DNA of 60,114 nucleotides. It comes from Phoronis australis (taxonomy: Eukaryota > Animalia > Phoronida). The translations under genes and the position numbers were made by a program. Positions 1-12,420 of this stretch are shown one piece after another. Under the pieces are notes generated by a model. That model worked only from the letters and a program-made list of their open reading frames with translations, was not told where the DNA came from and searched no databases. Each line of letters starts with the position of its first letter. The stretch's first letter is position 1. Where the stretch lies: NCBI GenBank assembly GCA_002633005.1, contig NMRA01001071.1, positions 1 to 60,114 on the forward strand. Direction: 5' to 3'.

Positions 1-504
1 AGGAATTGTTTTTGAAATTCTCCACATTTGCAGAAGGGACAATTAAAATAGATGTTTTATGATTTTTACAAAAAAACAAAAGACAAAAATAAAATGATAA
101 TTCAAAAAAACTGAAACTGCGTTTTTGAGATTTCAGCCTGTACATTTCAGTTGCTATGGATGTACCTTCTTTTTTGCTATATTTTATTAAAAACACATGG
201 TTACGTGACCTAATTAATAGCAGATTCCCACGAAGTCAAAATTCAAATTATAATTATTTACTCTTAGGGAGTTAAAATCTATAATGTCGTGGATATGTGG
301 CTAAACACACCAAGTCGATATGATCTTACGTAATATTAGTGACTTGTCACGCGTGCTGTGTCAGTGCGATGCGTAAAACACTGGTATCATACTATTTTTA
401 CTTCATAACATTTCTCCCCAGTTTCTTTATAAGGAAATATCCGTACCGGAAATTAAACAGATTGGGAACACTGTTGCCGTAACAGTAGGGTCGACTACCC
501 TGTA

Positions 505-659
505 CAGTGGCGGATTTAGAAGGGGACCAAGGGGGCCATGCCCCCCTAATATTCCCCCAGCTTCCATTTAGCAGTTCGGGGGTGCGAATGTCTGCCGGGA
601 AAAGTCCTGGTTAATACAATGCCCTGCCCCCCCAACACAAAATCCTGGATCCGTCCCTG
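505..659 (+). mobile_element. ~155-bp MITE with CAGTGGCGGAT-type termini
   Basis: Starts cagtggcggatttag and ends ctggatccgtccctg. A diverged reverse-complement copy lies at 34603-34758. Flanks ctgta/ctgtc are an imperfect possible TSD. Confidence 0.75.
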
Positions 660-1239
660 CTGTCGACAACAGTTGTACAGAAACAGCCGTGATCACACAC
701 ATTCCCGTCCTTACAGACATCCTTGCCTCGATCTAGTTAACAGTGCTCTTATAGTACTTACGTCACTTGTCTTTGTGGTAATTTCCAATTAGAAATTGTT
801 GCTCTCTGACGCTTTTTTGCATGTAACTCGGTGAGCGCAGGTTTCAAAGTGCATCGGGTAACAGACTTGAACCAACTAAATGTGTATAATTCATGATCAT
901 GATTGAACATTTCAGCGTACAAGCCCCGCTCACCCACGTTCTACTTTTACGCACACGTACATGTATCACCAGGTAATTTTCATATTAATTTTATTGTATA
1001 TTCTATATGATTATCTTTTCATGCATTTGTCAATCATTGTTCAAGTTGTAAATGTGAAAGCATTGGGCTGTCTTGCTAATAATCACTCTGTGATTAAGCA
1101 AGCGCCCTCTTGAGACACTTTCCATTGAAAAGCCTGTAATGCATCGAAAAATGTGGGGCGTAGGAACACGTCTATAGGGGTCAGTGAACTTACCTTCTAA
1201 GGCATACCCTAGGTAGAGGTCAACGTAGAGGATGTTCCG

Positions 1240-1740
1240 AGTCGAATTCTGGCAATCAAGACTCGCGGCCACTGCCCGTTACTGGTGTGCCGACCACCAT
1301 TAGAAGGTGTGCCAACCACGAACATTGAAGCCACGAGACTCAGAGATGACTCACTTATATTCTACAGTCAAAGGACTCCTTAGACCTATTTACTAGTATT
1401 TCCGTATTATATGTAGTTATCATCTTTCAACAAGCAATATATGTGTATACCAAATTACTGTGTTACCACCTACACAACAGTTACCAGCAGGGTTCACAGC
1501 TCGGCTATCTCAGCCTCCCGTTCAGTAACGCTAGGACCTACTCTAGGACCTAGCTAAAACCTAGTCAAAGTCACGTGCTCTCATTTAAAATACACGGCAA
1601 TATCTCACGTAATCTCGAGAAGTCTTGCTTTTTAGCGAGGTCCTAGCGTTACTGAACGGGAGGCTGAGATGGCTGAGATGAGCTGTGAACCCTGCTGGTA
1701 ACGGGCAGTGGCCGCGAGTCTTGATTGTCAGAATTCGACT
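1240..1740. mobile_element. ~500-bp non-autonomous TIR element with a nested inner inverted repeat
   Basis: Outer arms agtcgaattctggcaatcaagactcgcggccactgcccgttac (1240-1282) and its reverse complement (1698-1740). Inner arms ~1480-1539 and ~1638-1702. Part of the core recurs inverted at ~44650-44712. Confidence 0.75.
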
Positions 1741-3075
1741 TGATCACCTTCGGCTTAGAACCTTCACACTTGGACAGTGTGTTTTCCTTCTTGAATCATA
1801 ACTTTTGAGATTAATGTACCCAAACGGGGAAAATACTTATTTCTCAAAGGTGTCCTCAAAACCTAAGGAAATCAAGCATTTTTGTACTTTAAAATTGATT
1901 TGCCCTACTACACAAGTAAATGTAAGTGCACGTGTCATTGAGTTGAATTCGAAAAGACAAACGAAAATTGAATCGTCTCATTCATGCACCAGGGTACCGT
2001 CAACTTAAATCGGGTTTTCCTAAATTTGTTTAAGATCGAGGCTATGAATTTTCACTTCACTGATGGTACGCGTTCCTGTAGATATTACCAAGGTACTTTT
2101 GCCGCGAATACCACAGAAGTACCAGACATTACATTCTGGTGTTGCCGATAGAGTGCGCTAGCTTACTTCACGCTCACCGGCACGGTACACGTGTTGAAGC
2201 TGTCCGCAGAAAGTTCACCTGAGGTCAAAACACTGACGCAACAACAAGGAACCAGTGGCGGATCTACGGGAGGGGGTTCAGGGGGTTTAAACCCCCCTCG
2301 GGCCAGGACCCAAAAATTAAAAAAAAAAACAAAAAGAACCCAAAAATTAAAAAAAACAAAAGCGTCTCAAGCAAAACAAAAACGGCACCGCCAGCGTGTG
2401 TAAACCCCAAGTAAACCAACTTGGAAAAAATGAGGGGGGCTCACTCATTGTGAATTGCTGAGTCTTTGTGGCTCATCGGCAAAACGCGCGGGGATTTATT
2501 GTGCGCGCGCTTCCGTCGACACTTCTGAAGTAGCCAAGCATTTTAGATGGATTCACCGCTGAAAGAGCAGTTAGCTGATTTCTTTAGGTAACTAGCTTCT
2601 TTACTCTAAGATATGTTTTGATTTGATTAGGGGAAATACTGCGGTGCCGCAACCCTGATATTCAGGCCGGCGAATTGACGTGCAACGTTTTTACCTCATC
2701 TGTCATGCCGTGTCATTCTATTACACTCCACACATTTGTAACTGATGTATAGTAAAGTTGTCTTGCGCAATATCATACAGTGTACATGTACATGTACATG
2801 TAATATTGTGTACATGTACATGTAATATTTTTGAAAAAAAATTTCTTTTTACGAAGAATTGCTATTGTGGCGGGCGCCGTGGTCTGGTCGCGAGTCCGTT
2901 CGAAGACACTCTCTATAACAAGTTATGTCTATACAAGGAATGACCAAGGGGGCACTCACATTGAGAAAGTGACCGCATTCGCGAAAAGTGTACAGTACCA
3001 GAAATTGCGGGGAGGCTGTTCTTTCACAACAAAGTCTTGCGGGACTCGTGCGATGTTCAACAGGCCTCCTAAGGA

Positions 3076-3322
3076 GCCCTAGTGCCGACCTCAACACCTA
3101 CCGTCTGTCTACCTGCAATAACCACACTGCCGTCTTCTATACTGGGAATTTCCGCAGAAAGGCTCACCCGATGAAACGCTCATGCCCATGGGCATTTANG
3201 CCCTAGTTCCGACCTCAACACCTACCGTCTGTCTACCTGCAATAAGCACACTGCCGTCTTCTATACTGGGAATTTCCGCAGAGAGGCTCACCCGATGAAA
3301 CGCTCATACCCATGGGCATTTA
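3076..3322. repeat. 123-bp tandem duplication split by N at 3199 (probable assembly overlap)
   Basis: 3076-3198 and 3200-3322 differ by about 4 substitutions. The inverted homolog near 5560-5670 has a single unit. Confidence 0.85.
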
Positions 3323-3400
3323 TTTGATATTAGTACTTCGGGTTTCAAGCGTACAGACATTGCAACGTTTATTTCGAAAATTGCAAGAGATGCAAATAGG

Positions 3401-3760
3401 TCCTGGGATGCTTCGTCAAGGTTTGAAGTAGTCCATGATGAAAGGATTAAATTTAGTTGCGCATGTAAGTCTTTCGAATGGACTTGGCAACCTCAAGGGT
3501 CTTAGTGTCAACTGAGCTGCGAAACGAGAGTCTGACATTGTAGAGGCTTACAAGCTCATTGACACAGCAGTTGACGAAGTGCAAGCGTTGGGAACAAACA
3601 TCGAAGATATCTGGGTCGAATGGTTCCAAGACGAGCAAATCATTGGATCCGATATACAAATTCCTCGGCGGTCTAGACAACAGAAGGATAGGACTAACGT
3701 ATGAGTAACCACTGGGGATTAAAATTTTAGAAAGAAGTTTTCAATTCAAAATTTTTTGCA
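3401..3760 (+). pseudogene. hAT transposase fragment, THAP12/P52rIPK-ZMYM1-like (partly repeated at 4188-4440)
   Basis: Manual translation across a frameshift and stops: LGNLKGLSV..DIVEAYKLIDTAVDEVQALGTNIEDIWVEWFQDEQIIGSDIQIPRRSRQQKDRTNV*VTTGD*NFRKKFSI. This resembles the KGLSxxLQ..DIxxA..IPRxxxxQxxRxN..YYR pattern I recall for this transposase family. Confidence 0.75.
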
Positions 3761-4865
3761 TAGTACACTTTAGGTCTCGCGACGGACCAGGCCAGCTTGA
3801 TTTGTGTAGATGTTGAGTTTCCGTGTACTTCTGGTCCCTCGGCGAAATAGTCTTGAGATTTTTTACCAAAGTGTGCTTTGTAAAACTATTTATCTCAGCC
3901 AGTACTGTTTGATCCCGCGACAGATCGACTATTTGTATAGGGATGATAAGCACAGGTGCACTCTTGGTCTCGTGACGGACCAGGTCAGCTTTTTGTGTAC
4001 TCTCAGTGTACATCTGGTCCCTCTGCAAACTAGTCCAGTGTATCTTTTCACCACTGTGCACAGGATGTTTTGGTTTCGTGAAACTGTTTTCAGATGATTT
4101 GTTTCCTGATAGATTTGACGTTTTTCAATTGTTGTCAACGTGATTCAGCTTAATAAAGTGATACCTAATTATTTATTGTCGCTTTTNCAACTGAGCTGCG
4201 AAACGAGAGTCTGACATTGTAGAGGCTTACAAGCTCATTGACACAGCAGTTGACGAAGTGCAAGCGTTGGGAACAAACATCGAAGATATCTGGGTCGAAT
4301 GGTTCCAAGACGAGCAAATCATTGGATCCGATATACAAATTCCTCGGCGGTCTAGACAACAGAAGGATAGGACTAACGTATGAGTAACCACTGGGGATTA
4401 AAATTTTAGAAAGAAGTTTTCAATTCAAAATTTTTTGCATAGTACACTTTAGGTCTCGCGACGGACCAGGCCAGCTTGATTTGTGTAGATGTTGAGTTTC
4501 CGTGTACTTCTGGTCCCTCGGCGAAATAGTCTTGAGATTTTTTACCAAAGTGTGCTTTGTAAAACTATTTATCTCAGCCAGTACTGTTTGATCCCGCGAC
4601 AGATCGACTATTTGTATAGGGATGATAAGCACAGGTGCACTCTTGGTCTCGTGACGGACCAGGTCAGCTTTTTGTGTACTCTCAGTGTACATCTGGTCCC
4701 TCTGCAAACTAGTCCAGTGTATCTTTTCACCACTGTGCACAGGATGTTTTGGTTTCGTGAAACTGTTTTCAGATGATTTGTTTCCTGATAGATTTGACGT
4801 TTTTCAATTGTTGTCAACGTGATTCAGCTTAATAAAGTGATACCTAATTATTTATTGTCGCTTTT
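3509..4865. repeat. 678-bp apparently exact tandem duplication split by N at 4187 (probable assembly overlap)
   Basis: 3509-4186 matches 4188-4865. Identical ORFs appear in the track at an offset of 679. Confidence 0.9.
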
Positions 4866-5459
4866 GATAATAGAATATGAGTTGAGAGCACCATCGTTCG
4901 CCAGTTTTTCTCGTCAGAACGAGACATGTTTATTTCCGGACTAACAGTACAGGTCTTCGTTCTTAATCAACTTGAGGCTGCTGTTATGCGATCATCTGAT
5001 ATTCAAGTTTTTACGCCCCGTCGGTGCTCCTTAATTATGCTCTTGAATATTTGGAAACTGTCTTAACCCATGTATACACACCACACTTTTTCGTATACGA
5101 CTTTTCGTATGCTAAAAAAGGTGTGTGTCAGCAGATGTTCCAACAAAAATTTTTGCTGGTGGCGTGACTCATACCCAGATGTGCACAATATGGTTTCACG
5201 AAACGTATGTGCCAAGTTCATGTGACGAAATCGAGAAGGGTTTTTAATTATCTTAAGAAAAACTCCAGAGACATGTTAAGTGCCAGAAACTTTCCAGGAT
5301 GCATGGAAATTTCACTATTTGGCTACAAAAACAAAAAATAGCTTACACGGGAGGGGAAACCCCCCTCCCGACCTCCTCCCGCTCGGCGCCACGCGCCTAG
5401 TATTCGACCTTGGCGGGAATCCTAAACCCCCCCTTGCTGAAAACGTAGATCCGCCACTG

Positions 5460-6453
5460 GCGATGTATCCCTGGACCTATTTGCATCTCTTGCAATTTTC
5501 GAAATAAACGTCCCAATGTCTGAACGCTTGAAACCCGAAGTACTGACATCAAATAAATGCCCATGGACATGAGCGTTTCATCGGGTGGGCCTTTCTGCGG
5601 AAACTCCCGGTATAGAAGACGGCAGTGTGCTTATTGCAGGTAGAAAGACGGTAGCTGTTGAGGTCGGAAATAGGAGGTCTAATGACATTGCACGAGTCCC
5701 GCAAGACTTTCTTGTAAAAGAACAGCCTCCCCGCAATTTCTGGTACTGTACACTGCTCGCGAATGCGGTCACTTTGTCAATGTGAGTGCCCCCTTGGTCA
5801 TTCCTTGTATAGACATAACTTGTTAGAGTATATCTTCAAACGGACTCGCCACCAGACCACGGCGACCGCCACAATAGCATTTCTTCGGAAAAAGATTTTT
5901 TTTCAAAAATATTACATGTACATGTACACTGTATGATATTGCGCAAGACAACTTTACTATACATCAGTGAAATTCGAAATACAAACGTGTGGAGTATAAT
6001 AGCACGGCGTGACAGATGAGGTAAAAACGTTGCACGTCAATTCGCCTGAATGTCAGGATTGCGGCACCACAGTATTTCCCCTAATCAAATCCAAACATAT
6101 CTTAGAGTAAAGAAGCTAGTTACCTAAAGAAATCCGCTATAGAACTGCTCTTTCCGGTCAGCGGTCGATCCATCTAAAATGCTTGTCTACTTCAGAAGCG
6201 TCGACGGAAGCGCGCGCACGATTGATCTCCGCGCGTTTTGCCGATGAGCCACGATGACTCAGCAATTCACAATGCAAAAAAATATATTTTCAGAGTGAAC
6301 CTCTCCCCCCTCAATTTGGTTTATTTAGGGTTTACACACGCTGGCGGTGCCGTTTTCGTTTTGCTGGAGACGTTGTTGTGTTTTTTATTTTTGGGTCCTG
6401 GCCCAAGAGGAGGGGGGTTTAATCCCCCTAAACCCCCAGTAGATCTGCCACTG
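5460..6453 (-). mobile_element. Inverted, truncated second copy of the left ~1.1 kb of the hAT element
   Basis: Diverged reverse complement of 2253-~3418, ending in the TIR gtagatctgccactg (6439-6453). Confidence 0.85.
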
Positions 6454-8541
6454 CATTTGGAAGAACAGTTGATTGAAGAATCGGCGAAAAAAGAAATTGG
6501 CCAATAGGTGACGCTCTATTTCATGGCGCTGAAAGGCGACGCATCTTATCACTCCACAAACTGAGCAGCATAATGGCTGTACATTGGCACCTTTCAGCAT
6601 TGTTAACTAAATCAGAGTGACGTTTTTAATGACTTGAATTTTCAGTCAGATTTTTTACCGTTTTTTTTTTACCCTGACATCGGTGCAAAACTGAATGCGT
6701 TGCATCAAAGCCATGTCCACTTGTATGTAGCCTTGATGCAAAGCTGTATAATAGATACACAGCTTTGCGCCGATGTGGGTAAAAACTGACCAAATTACTC
6801 CGACACAAAATTAGTGCCATTAAAAGTACACTCTTTGTTGAGTTAACTAAATTGTCTAACGGTGATGGAAAATTAGCGTTGTACCGTTATTCTACTGCTG
6901 AAATTGGGTGCAATGCAAAATCGCGTCACCTATTGCCCAGAACGTCCGCCCATATCCACGATCGCAGACTCGAGTATGTTACGGTTTACGAACTTCGCGA
7001 CAACTAGATACAAGCTACAACCTCGAATATACACTTCAAGATTTTGAGTTTGGACTCGAACATATAGCTAAATAATGATGGGGCCATCAAATGGAAACAT
7101 TCTGCCAAGCACACTATATTGTAGATGATCGAGCACTTAATCACATTTTGATGTGGTAGTATAACATCCAAAAAACTGTCAGAAATAATTTAGAGTTCCT
7201 GTTGGAGGACTTATCTCCCGGGCACAGGAGTGTTCGTTTAGCATTCCTCTTACCTCTGAGATTGTCGTACACAAATCTGTCCTTTGATATTTTGAAGCCC
7301 AAAATCGAATATGTTGGATTGATGTCGATCTCCCGTGGAGGTACGTGGCGGCTAAGCTCAGGAAAGAGCGCATCTTGTTCATGTACAGTAAAGCAGAAGG
7401 TGAGCCTGTTAATTTCCAACCTTAATATGTTTTTGTGAAACTTCGTACTTTTAAAATCACACACGTTCTTGCAAGATCATGCATTTTAAATGGCTTATTG
7501 CTGAGTTACCGACAGAAATCACGTCGCACACGCGCAGTCTCAAATGTAAATATCAATTGCTATTCCAGACTAATTGATAACTAACCAAATCTTTGTATTA
7601 GCTAATTCCAACCAAGCTCATTCGATACAAAGTTCGTCAGATTCGGAGTGGCGTCAGCGTGTACATGTAAATTGTTACATTTAGTAATATAAATTTATCC
7701 AACAAATTTGTCGGGCAACCCACATCAAAAAGTATTTACACCAACCCGTCAAACTTCGAGGCTGTATGGATAGTCACTGGCATCTTCACAACCGTCTCTG
7801 CTCGCATCTTCCTTTCATCATATTCAAAGTAGTGGTTATAAATTGTCGAGTTTGCACAGTTCGAACTAGCTAGTTCTCTTATCCACTAGCTCATTGGCTA
7901 AATTAATCAGTTGTGCTAGAACTGAAATCACGTTTTCTCAAGATTAGGGCAACTCATCTAATCTTCACTTTAAGTAAAACCATAGAATACTTTCCCAGGG
8001 ATGCCAACTCCCGCACGTGACCTATGTATTCTTTATTAGAGCTTGCGACACCGACACTAGCCGCGAGAGTTGGCACGTAAATTTCAGGCTGTCTGCTCGA
8101 CTGAGTTTTGATCTCGTGTTGCAGTTATCAAATCGATCCGATTTTCATTGTTTCGTTTTCATTTTGTTAGTTTTGATCACCACGCCAGGTTCTTGAGGCA
8201 CAGTTCCAGAGAACCAACGATTTCTTGACAAAATTAGTCGACAAATCTCACAATTAGACTACTCATAGGCACCGACCTGTGACCCTGGCTGGATGCCGGG
8301 AACAGTCTGGCCTATATCTTTCAAGTCTCAGAACCACTTTCGACTGCCCATCAAACTAGATGCCAGCAGTTTTTCAACAAGACATTTTCGATTGCTAAAA
8401 CCATGTTACAGTATTTTACGGAAAGAAATGATGTGCATTTTGTGTGTTTGTTCTGCAATTGTAAATGAAAAGTTAGGGCCCTGCTAACTCGTGTGATGAC
8501 TTAACTTTCTAAAAATGACTCGCTTGTGAGTACGTAGCTAA

Positions 8542-8661
8542 GTGTGTGCGCGTGCGGGCGTGTGTGTGCGAGCGCTCACGCGTGTGTGTGTGTGCGTGCG
8601 TGTGTGTGTGTGTGTGTGTGTGTGCGTGTGCGTGCGTATGTGTGTATATGTATGTATATAT
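8542..8661. repeat. Compound (GT)n/(GC)n microsatellite
   Basis: Direct inspection. Confidence 0.95.
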
Positions 8662-10139
8662 TACTGATTTCAATTGCTTCTATAATGAGCCGAAGGTGAT
8701 TTGTATGTCATTTTGGCAAATTACCGCTATTTTAAGCACTAAATTAATAAATTGACCTTGAAGTTATGAAGAAATGACGTGTGAATATATAACGCAACGC
8801 TTGTTTTTTTGTAGTTTTGTCGGGATCTCTGATTTTTTTACGCTTTTCTGTTGAAAGATGCGATCGAGAACGCAAAGATAAGCGATCGGGAACGCAAATT
8901 TGTGTCTTATTTATGCGATCGGGAACACATCGTGATGTGTCGAACAGTATTGAACTTTTTACTTATAAAATGTGAAAAGGCTACAAAATAAGTGTGCTAC
9001 AATGAATTAATCACATTTTACGTCATCCCTGTGTTCCTTTCGTATCAAAACTGAACAACAACATAGCATATTTCCATTAAATTGCCATGAGGATTACATG
9101 TACATGAAACATAATTTTAGTTTCACAAACGAATTTACTTTCATTTCAGGAAACAAGTTCACTGTTAATGCTGTTAATGTGAGACAAGCTTCAACGAACA
9201 TGTTACCCACGACGTGAAGGTACACCCTACCAGGGTTTTGAAATACAGACGTTTACTTTTAGACGAAATCACTGAAAACAAGGGGTTCTAAACTGAAGAC
9301 TCCCCCATGAGTTGTTCCATGTGGCCTGTCAGTCAGGGGTAAAAGAATTGTTGCAGCAGATGAAAACGAGTGTCGAATCTTCATGTAAAATTCTGACAGC
9401 AAAAGGGAAAAAAACAAATAGCCAGTGAAGTCAAAGAATGATTGCCCGTGGGGAGAAAGAGAGGTGCGGCAACACCATTCACGAGATGATTCAAAGATTC
9501 CCACTCGCAAACGTCTGGGATCTAAAAGTTGGCCAGATGTTGTGTGAACTGGTTGTGCTGATAAAACGGGTGGCATTTTACTTGATGTTTTACTGATAAA
9601 ATCGATATTGAGATAAACAGATTGACTTGTGGCACCCGTGTGGCTTGAATGTACCTTGTGTTATTTGAATCTTCTGTTTTGTAGTCTTGGTCCTACATGT
9701 ACGTTTACCTGCATCATCAGTTCATGATATCAGATTGAGACAGTTCTAACACACATATTATATTGTGATTTTCTCAAAACGTAGTCAACATATTGTCATT
9801 AACGTCACTTCAACTACACACTTTAGTGAGTTACACAGGAAATCAACTATTATAGCACTTCTATTATCGTTTATGCCACATACCTAAAAATTGGTCATAA
9901 GACATGATACAAAAATGTATAAAATGTTGCTCTAGGGAAATCAACATTACAAATTCATTGAACATTTCCTACGAATGACTTTTGAATGTATTAGACTAAA
10001 TTATCACTGAATCATAGAGAATGTATTTAGGACTGATTGATGGTAAAATAGTCTCTCATAGGAAAGCAACAACAATATGAAAGCAATTTCTACAATAATC
10101 ATAGATATATAATTTCTTTTAAAATACTAATTACTAACG

Positions 10140-11860
10140 CTGATCTTTCCGTGACCTCTACTGTGTATATTGACATATCGTGAACAAGCAGCGGCCACAT
10201 GAACTTTGAAACGGCCTGACAATCTGCTTTTGTCGAGTTTCTTTAGCCACTCGCCTAGCAGGCTTTTCCCTCCCTTGATCGGTTGAAAGTTTTGTAGACA
10301 CCTGTCACAAACGTCCCCAGGTACTTCAGTGGTTTTTCTGTGATGGTTGGAATTCTGTCACCTATTGTAAACGCTTGTTGCTTCCTTGGGTCGCCTTTCT
10401 AAGTAATCATATATTTCTACTGCGCTCACTTGAACTTCATCTAGCTTTTCAAAACATAACTATGACGTGTTTTATCCCCACTGGACTCTGCAGGACAGCT
10501 GTTGGACTCTATGGAATTTCGGACCTTTGTACTCAGTCTGTGCTCTAGTCAAAAAGAAGTTCATTGACATAACGAATAGAATGATTGACACAGTGCAACC
10601 AGTCGTTATTTCCTTCTGACGTTCTTGCTATGATGCTGTGGAATTGTTGACTGTGAATCGCATTCTGCAGAAAGAGAAATATTCTTCAGCAAGACTGCCA
10701 TTGAAGTTGGTACATGATTGGTCTCTATCTACCGTTCTGAAGATGAGGAAATGCGCTATGCATCACTAGTGTTTACCATATCCAGCCACACCATTGTTAG
10801 GTTATTTTTTTCACTCTTCGCCTGGTGTACTAAATCGGATATCACTGCGTTGTGTGTTCCAAGCAACCCGAAAAACCCTAGGTAACAAGTACGGAAATGA
10901 ATCTAAACTGATCTATCCCGACTGAATTTTCTTCCTCTGCCTGGCCCAGTTACTTAAGAATGGTCTGTTTCTTCTACAGAACTGAAAAGAGCCTCCATAA
11001 ATGCCGTCTAAGCATTGGGCAGTTGGTGTATAGATTGAACGACATTCCCGATGGACCTGGAGCAGATACTAATCGAGGTTTCCTAAATTATGTCATCGAC
11101 CTCGTTCTTTATATCGCCAGTGTCAAAAGATGTTATCGGAGGTTGGTCTGTCATCCCACGCTAAGTCCTATTGGTTCTTCCTTGTGCTCGTTGTGGACTC
11201 CGGCGAGAAGGTCTTCTAGCGTCTTTCATGAGTCCTGCAGAGTCCTGCTTTTCTTCTACCCAAGCAAATCGGATACATACTTGTAAGAATTCTTCATGAA
11301 CATGTCGCGCTTACTTGTATGCATTTTCTTTCCTTTTCTTCACAATGTTTTCTGCTTTGAGAAGTGTCGAAAGTCTTTTCCTGACCTGTCCCGTAGTTTG
11401 GCTAGACCATCTCTGTCATCTGGAAAGCAGTCTTTCCACAGTCGTTCCAGCTGTCTAAGCTCCTTTTGATAGCCTGTTATCTCTCGGTGCCGCCTATTAG
11501 GACCTCTGTTGCTTGCCCTTTCCTCTTGTCGGTACTGACATGCTACACTATTCGTGTAATTGATTGGAGCATTGCGTCCATCGAGCCTTTTAGAGTCACT
11601 GTCAAGATTTCCTCTAAGTCTCGGTCTAGGTTACTTCAAGTCTGGTTTGTCATATGATGGTGGCCACTTTATTCTTCCCTTCCTTTGGGCTTCTTCCTGG
11701 CTTAATAGGTTGTCAATGTTGTGGCGTGGTTGTTCTTCAAAGACGGTGTCTTCTGCTGGTTTGTCGGGTTCCTGCAACTCAGCTGGAAGGTCGCTGGCTT
11801 TGTGAATTGATCCCTGGTCAATTTCCTCCCTCCTATGACTGGACGTAGCACCCAAGCATT
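10140..11860 (-). pseudogene. Degenerate non-LTR retrotransposon RT (RLE type, Hero-like clade)
   Basis: Minus-strand fragments in the expected order: KGRIKWPPS, LDRDLEEILTVTLKG, PNRRHREI, SAPGPSGMSFNLYTNCPMLRRHLWRL, IDQFRFISVL, GFSGCLEHT, LTMVWLDM, ITTGCTVSIILFVMSMN, IPTITEKPLKYLG, EWLKKLDKSRLSGRFK, MWPLLV. Many stops and frameshifts. Confidence 0.85.
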
Positions 11861-11904
11861 GCCTAGTTATTTGTTCCAGACTTTTTATCCTACCCTGATG
11901 TAAC

Positions 11905-12420
11905 GATACGGACGAATGTCGTCGTCCTCATTCTAGTGAGCACCGTTACATTGGACACACGGTGTTTTCTCTCTTTCGACAGCTGTCCATGAACTTGCAG
12001 GGGTGGTCCATTCAAGATCATTTTGTACACCAACATGGCCGAAAAAAAATAACTAGGCAAGAAATAGTAGGTAATACCATCATTCGATATGCTGAAAACG
12101 ACAGATTTCGGCTTAAGGTTTTGGAATCGCTATTAACCAATCTCGAGTTGAATGAGCATCTCACAGGTGTGAACCGCACGCTGGCTCTGTTTCCGTATGG
12201 TTGCGGGCTTTCCACCGTGCGTTGCAATCACACTCTCTGCTTGTATGCTCCTCTTCCCGCTGTCACGTGTATTTCACTGTTTACCTCGCTATGTATGTGT
12301 TCATGCCATTTATTGCCTGATGATGAGACATGGAGTCTCGAGATATAGCTAGTGTTTTAATTTGTTTGTTGGTTATGTCTCTCGGTGTTTCAGTACGTAG
12401 CTGTCCACCCGAAGAAAAGA
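11905..12420 (+). mobile_element. Penelope-like element 3' fragment (GIY-YIG endonuclease C-terminus plus 3' pLTR)
   Basis: In frame from 11911: DECRRPHSSEHRYIGHTVFSLFRQLSMNLQGWSIQDHFVHQH..ITRQEIVGNT..DRFRLKVLESLL..LN..TGVNRTLALF. It has the YIG motif, RLxxLE and LN, and is followed by a hammerhead-like motif. Confidence 0.85.
12311..12352 (+). ncRNA. Degenerate minimal hammerhead ribozyme motif in the Penelope pLTR
   Basis: CTGATGA (12317-12323), stem II gagac-atgga-gtctc, then GAGA in place of GAAA, then TATAGC. Confidence 0.55.

Larger units (their letters stand above)
2253..5459 (+). mobile_element. Decayed hAT-superfamily DNA transposon
   Basis: Perfect 15-bp TIRs cagtggcggatctac (2253-2267) and gtagatccgccactg (5445-5459), with an internal transposase remnant. 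No TSD found. Confidence 0.75.

Noticed and set aside
3076-4865. Tandem duplications as biological repeats or duplicated genes
   Set aside because: Each pair is separated by a single N and is identical or allele-like. This is the signature of unmerged contig overlaps.
7141-7464. 107-aa minus-strand ORF
   Set aside because: No recognisable motif, no paralogue in the window and no clear splice boundaries.
8546-8755. CVCV/YIYI-rich ORFs here and at 20658-21151, 27000-27372 and 46882-47234
   Set aside because: They are translations of microsatellites. The real coding frame at 20662-20755 differs from the listed ORFs.
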